Source: Candidatus Cloacimonadales bacterium (GTDB taxonomy: Bacteria > Cloacimonadota > Cloacimonadia > Cloacimonadales > JAIOQZ01). Taken from it: a DNA stretch of 64,000 nt. The stretch's first letter is position 1, and each line of letters starts with the position of its first letter. The notes under the pieces were generated by a model that worked only from the letters and a program-made list of their open reading frames with translations, was not told the origin of the DNA and searched no databases. The stretch spans positions 64,001 to 128,000 of the forward strand of contig OY762463.1 in assembly GCA_963665815.1 (NCBI GenBank). The letters run 5' to 3'. The translations under genes were made by a program, and so were the position numbers. Positions 61,692-64,000 of this stretch are shown here, piece after piece.

Positions 61692-63200
61692 TTAGAAGTG
61701 GTATGTCAATCCGAAGTGCAGAGCTGTCTCAGCAAGACTGCTTGTTGAATCGTCATATTCATTGGCAATAACGCTGGTATCAACGTTGTCTTCCTTCTCC
61801 ATATTTATTTCGAATGCTACATCTGCTTCGAATCTATCGCTAATTTTATAACCTGTACCAAGAGTTACATGGTGTTCTACGATTGCAGGGAAGATAGGTA
61901 TCAGGGTTTCTGCCGGAACAGGATTACTCGCATAGTTGTAGCCGGCTCTTAAGGCAACTTTATCGTTCAGGTGGTACTCTGTACCAAGTGCAATTACAAC
62001 CTGGTTTTCCCATTCTAACGGCATTTCCAGATTAACATCTTTAGAGCCCATCATTGTGTTAATATTTGCATTGTTTCCATCTGTAAATTTCATTGAGAAC
62101 TTGTCCATCGCGTCTTCCCAGCTTATGTATTTAACATCCATTCCAAGAAGCAGTTTATCAGTAGCCATGAATGCAACTCCAAAGCCTATTTCCTGAGGCC
62201 AGGACATCTCAACTTCTACATCATAATCGGATATCATACCAAGCTGCATATTAATACCCATGCCGGCAAGCTGGGTATTTACTCCCAGTCGAGCTGTATC
62301 AAGATCAGCACCTTGTTGCATAGCTCCACCGACCATTCTTTCAAATGCCTGCCCAAACTGAGAGTCCATATCCATACTGGCTTCTCCTTCAAAAGTCAGG
62401 GTTGAAGGCATTGTATAGGAGAATCCGAATGAGACCTTATCGCTCATTTTGTAGGAAAGTCCCATTGTTCCGCCAAATCCGATCGCTGTTACAGCATCTC
62501 CCATATCTGCATAAGCAGTAACTTCTTCATAACCCAGTCCACCGTCAGTTGGGGCGGCTGCAAACATTTGACCGAATGTCATACCTGTTCCCGGAGCAGC
62601 AACACCTTCCATTTTCATAGGATCAATAGAATAAGGCATTTTCATTTCCAGCATAGCATAGCCAAAACTTGGTGCTAAACCTATTGCAAATTGTTCATTG
62701 AAATTATAGGAAATACTTGGGATAAACTTAATGTATCCGATTTTTGAATGATATTCCAGATCAGTCATAAGAGCATCGCTCTGTGTGGTTGGGTCAGCAT
62801 CATATTGTCTGAATACATCGTGTTTCATATCTTTGTAGGTTGCTCCCATTCCACCTTGTGAGTACATGCCAAAACCGAATGTGAACTTATCACTCAGCTT
62901 TTGCCCATAAGCAACATTTGGCAGCATGAAAACAGCACTTTCAGCTTCCTTGTCATTCATGTCATTCTTAAATGTTACTGCAGGGAAGAGAAGTCCTGTT
63001 CCAAGCTTAAGCTGTTTTCCCTCAATTCTGCTGATTCCTGCCGGGTTAGTATTTATAGAGTTCACATCACCTGTAAGACCAAGGCTTATACCGCCCATTG
63101 CGGAAGAGCGTGGTCCGTATCCAATCATATTCATACCATTTGTAGAGTATAAAGAAATTGTGAGTATGATTAACATACTGAGTATTGTAAGTTTTTTCAT
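61692..63200 (-). CDS. FadL/TodX/OmpP1-family outer-membrane transporter
   Basis: G....AMGG, NPAG, LRAGYNY, C-terminal YHF; signal peptide. Confidence 0.88.
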   Translation of the reverse strand: MKKLTILSMLIILTISLYSTNGMNMIGYGPRSSAMGGISLGLTGDVNSINTNPAGISRIEGKQLKLGTGLLFPAVTFKNDMNDKEAESAVFMLPNVAYGQKLSDKFTFGFGMYSQGGMGATYKDMKHDVFRQYDADPTTQSDALMTDLEYHSKIGYIKFIPSISYNFNEQFAIGLAPSFGYAMLEMKMPYSIDPMKMEGVAAPGTGMTFGQMFAAAPTDGGLGYEEVTAYADMGDAVTAIGFGGTMGLSYKMSDKVSFGFSYTMPSTLTFEGEASMDMDSQFGQAFERMVGGAMQQGADLDTARLGVNTQLAGMGINMQLGMISDYDVEVEMSWPQEIGFGVAFMATDKLLLGMDVKYISWEDAMDKFSMKFTDGNNANINTMMGSKDVNLEMPLEWENQVVIALGTEYHLNDKVALRAGYNYASNPVPAETLIPIFPAIVEHHVTLGTGYKISDRFEADVAFEINMEKEDNVDTSVIANEYDDSTSSLAETALHFGLTYHF

Positions 63201-63414
63201 ATTTACCTTTCCTATGTTTTATTTTACATAAAGTATAGTAAAATAATGAGAAAAAGCAAGTAAGTAATTAGTTGCTATGTAAGAAACAGTATGAAGATAA
63301 CTTTACAATGAAAATCTGTTCAAGAAATGGAGATATGAACATTTGGATAGTAATAAGATATCTTTGATGTATATTTCTAATGAGGAAATTAATCTGATTG
63401 AAAGATTTGTATTA

Positions 63415-64000
63415 TTAAACAAGTATCTTCTCACATATTTCTTGAAGTATTTCTTTCTTATCAACATAGTTCATCTTCTGGTCAATACAGACGAGATTTA
63501 ACAGAAGTGTATGAAGATCAGGACTTACTTCTGCAATGTCAGTTTGAAAGCGCTTAAGCGGGGGCATAAACAGTTTTCTGTGAGATGCATAGAAAGCCTT
63601 GGCAATATGCTCAAGTATATCCTGAAGTGAAAATGCAAAATGATAGCTATTCTTGAATCCCCAGTCTTCTATGAATTCACTCCTGAGATAATTCAGGGAA
63701 TCCTTGACAGTCTCCTGTGCTAACTCAGGAGGGTAAGAACCAACATTTTCTTTGAGATTGAAGAAAATTCTCTCAGGATCGTGAACAGGATCTGTTTCCA
63801 CAAGCTTATGCTGAATAAATGATTGCCATTTCAATAGCGTTTCTTTGGAGCTGAACAGATTACTTGCAGTCTTCTTATACCAATCTTCATTATAGATACA
63901 GAAGCAAACTTCCTTGTCTTCGTACTTGAAATGAGGTACTTCATGGAAGTATTTTTCAAACTCAAACATTGCTTTCAATTTCGATTCAACTTGCTGAATT
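63415..64000 (-). CDS. Hypothetical protein, 5'-partial
   Basis: ORF appears to run to the window edge. Confidence 0.45.
   Translation of the reverse strand, partial: IQQVESKLKAMFEFEKYFHEVPHFKYEDKEVCFCIYNEDWYKKTASNLFSSKETLLKWQSFIQHKLVETDPVHDPERIFFNLKENVGSYPPELAQETVKDSLNYLRSEFIEDWGFKNSYHFAFSLQDILEHIAKAFYASHRKLFMPPLKRFQTDIAEVSPDLHTLLLNLVCIDQKMNYVDKKEILQEICEKILV

Overview
AT-rich bacterial window. A C-terminal YPNPFNP sorting-type domain suggests an FCB-group organism such as Cloacimonadota (inference only). From left to right it holds: (1) a complete type II-C CRISPR-Cas locus with a compact 986-aa Cas9, cas1, cas2, a 15-repeat array and a tracrRNA at ~9404-9508; (2) housekeeping and zinc-uptake genes, plus a ~450-bp structured element flanked by direct repeats; (3) a tandem trio of paralogous secreted repeat proteins; (4) a ~34.6-kb Mu-like transposable prophage (20875/22889-55484); (5) tmRNA (ssrA) and ordinary flanking genes. 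The prophage has 14-bp inverted termini TATAAAGTGACACC and two stacked left ends, each followed by a different putative defence nuclease (OLD-family, HNH). Its right end lies 87 bp beyond the 3' end of ssrA. It carries two antisense cargo blocks. One is a tightly coupled operon: DUF89-like phosphatase, methyltransferase, P-loop kinase, Pepco-like small protein, caspase-NACHT-HEAT protein and NAD-dependent epimerase, preceded by an alpha/beta hydrolase. This is the best candidate for an undescribed immune system. The other is a GT4/GH130 cluster sitting where most tail genes should be. All family assignments come from motif recognition by eye; no database search was run.
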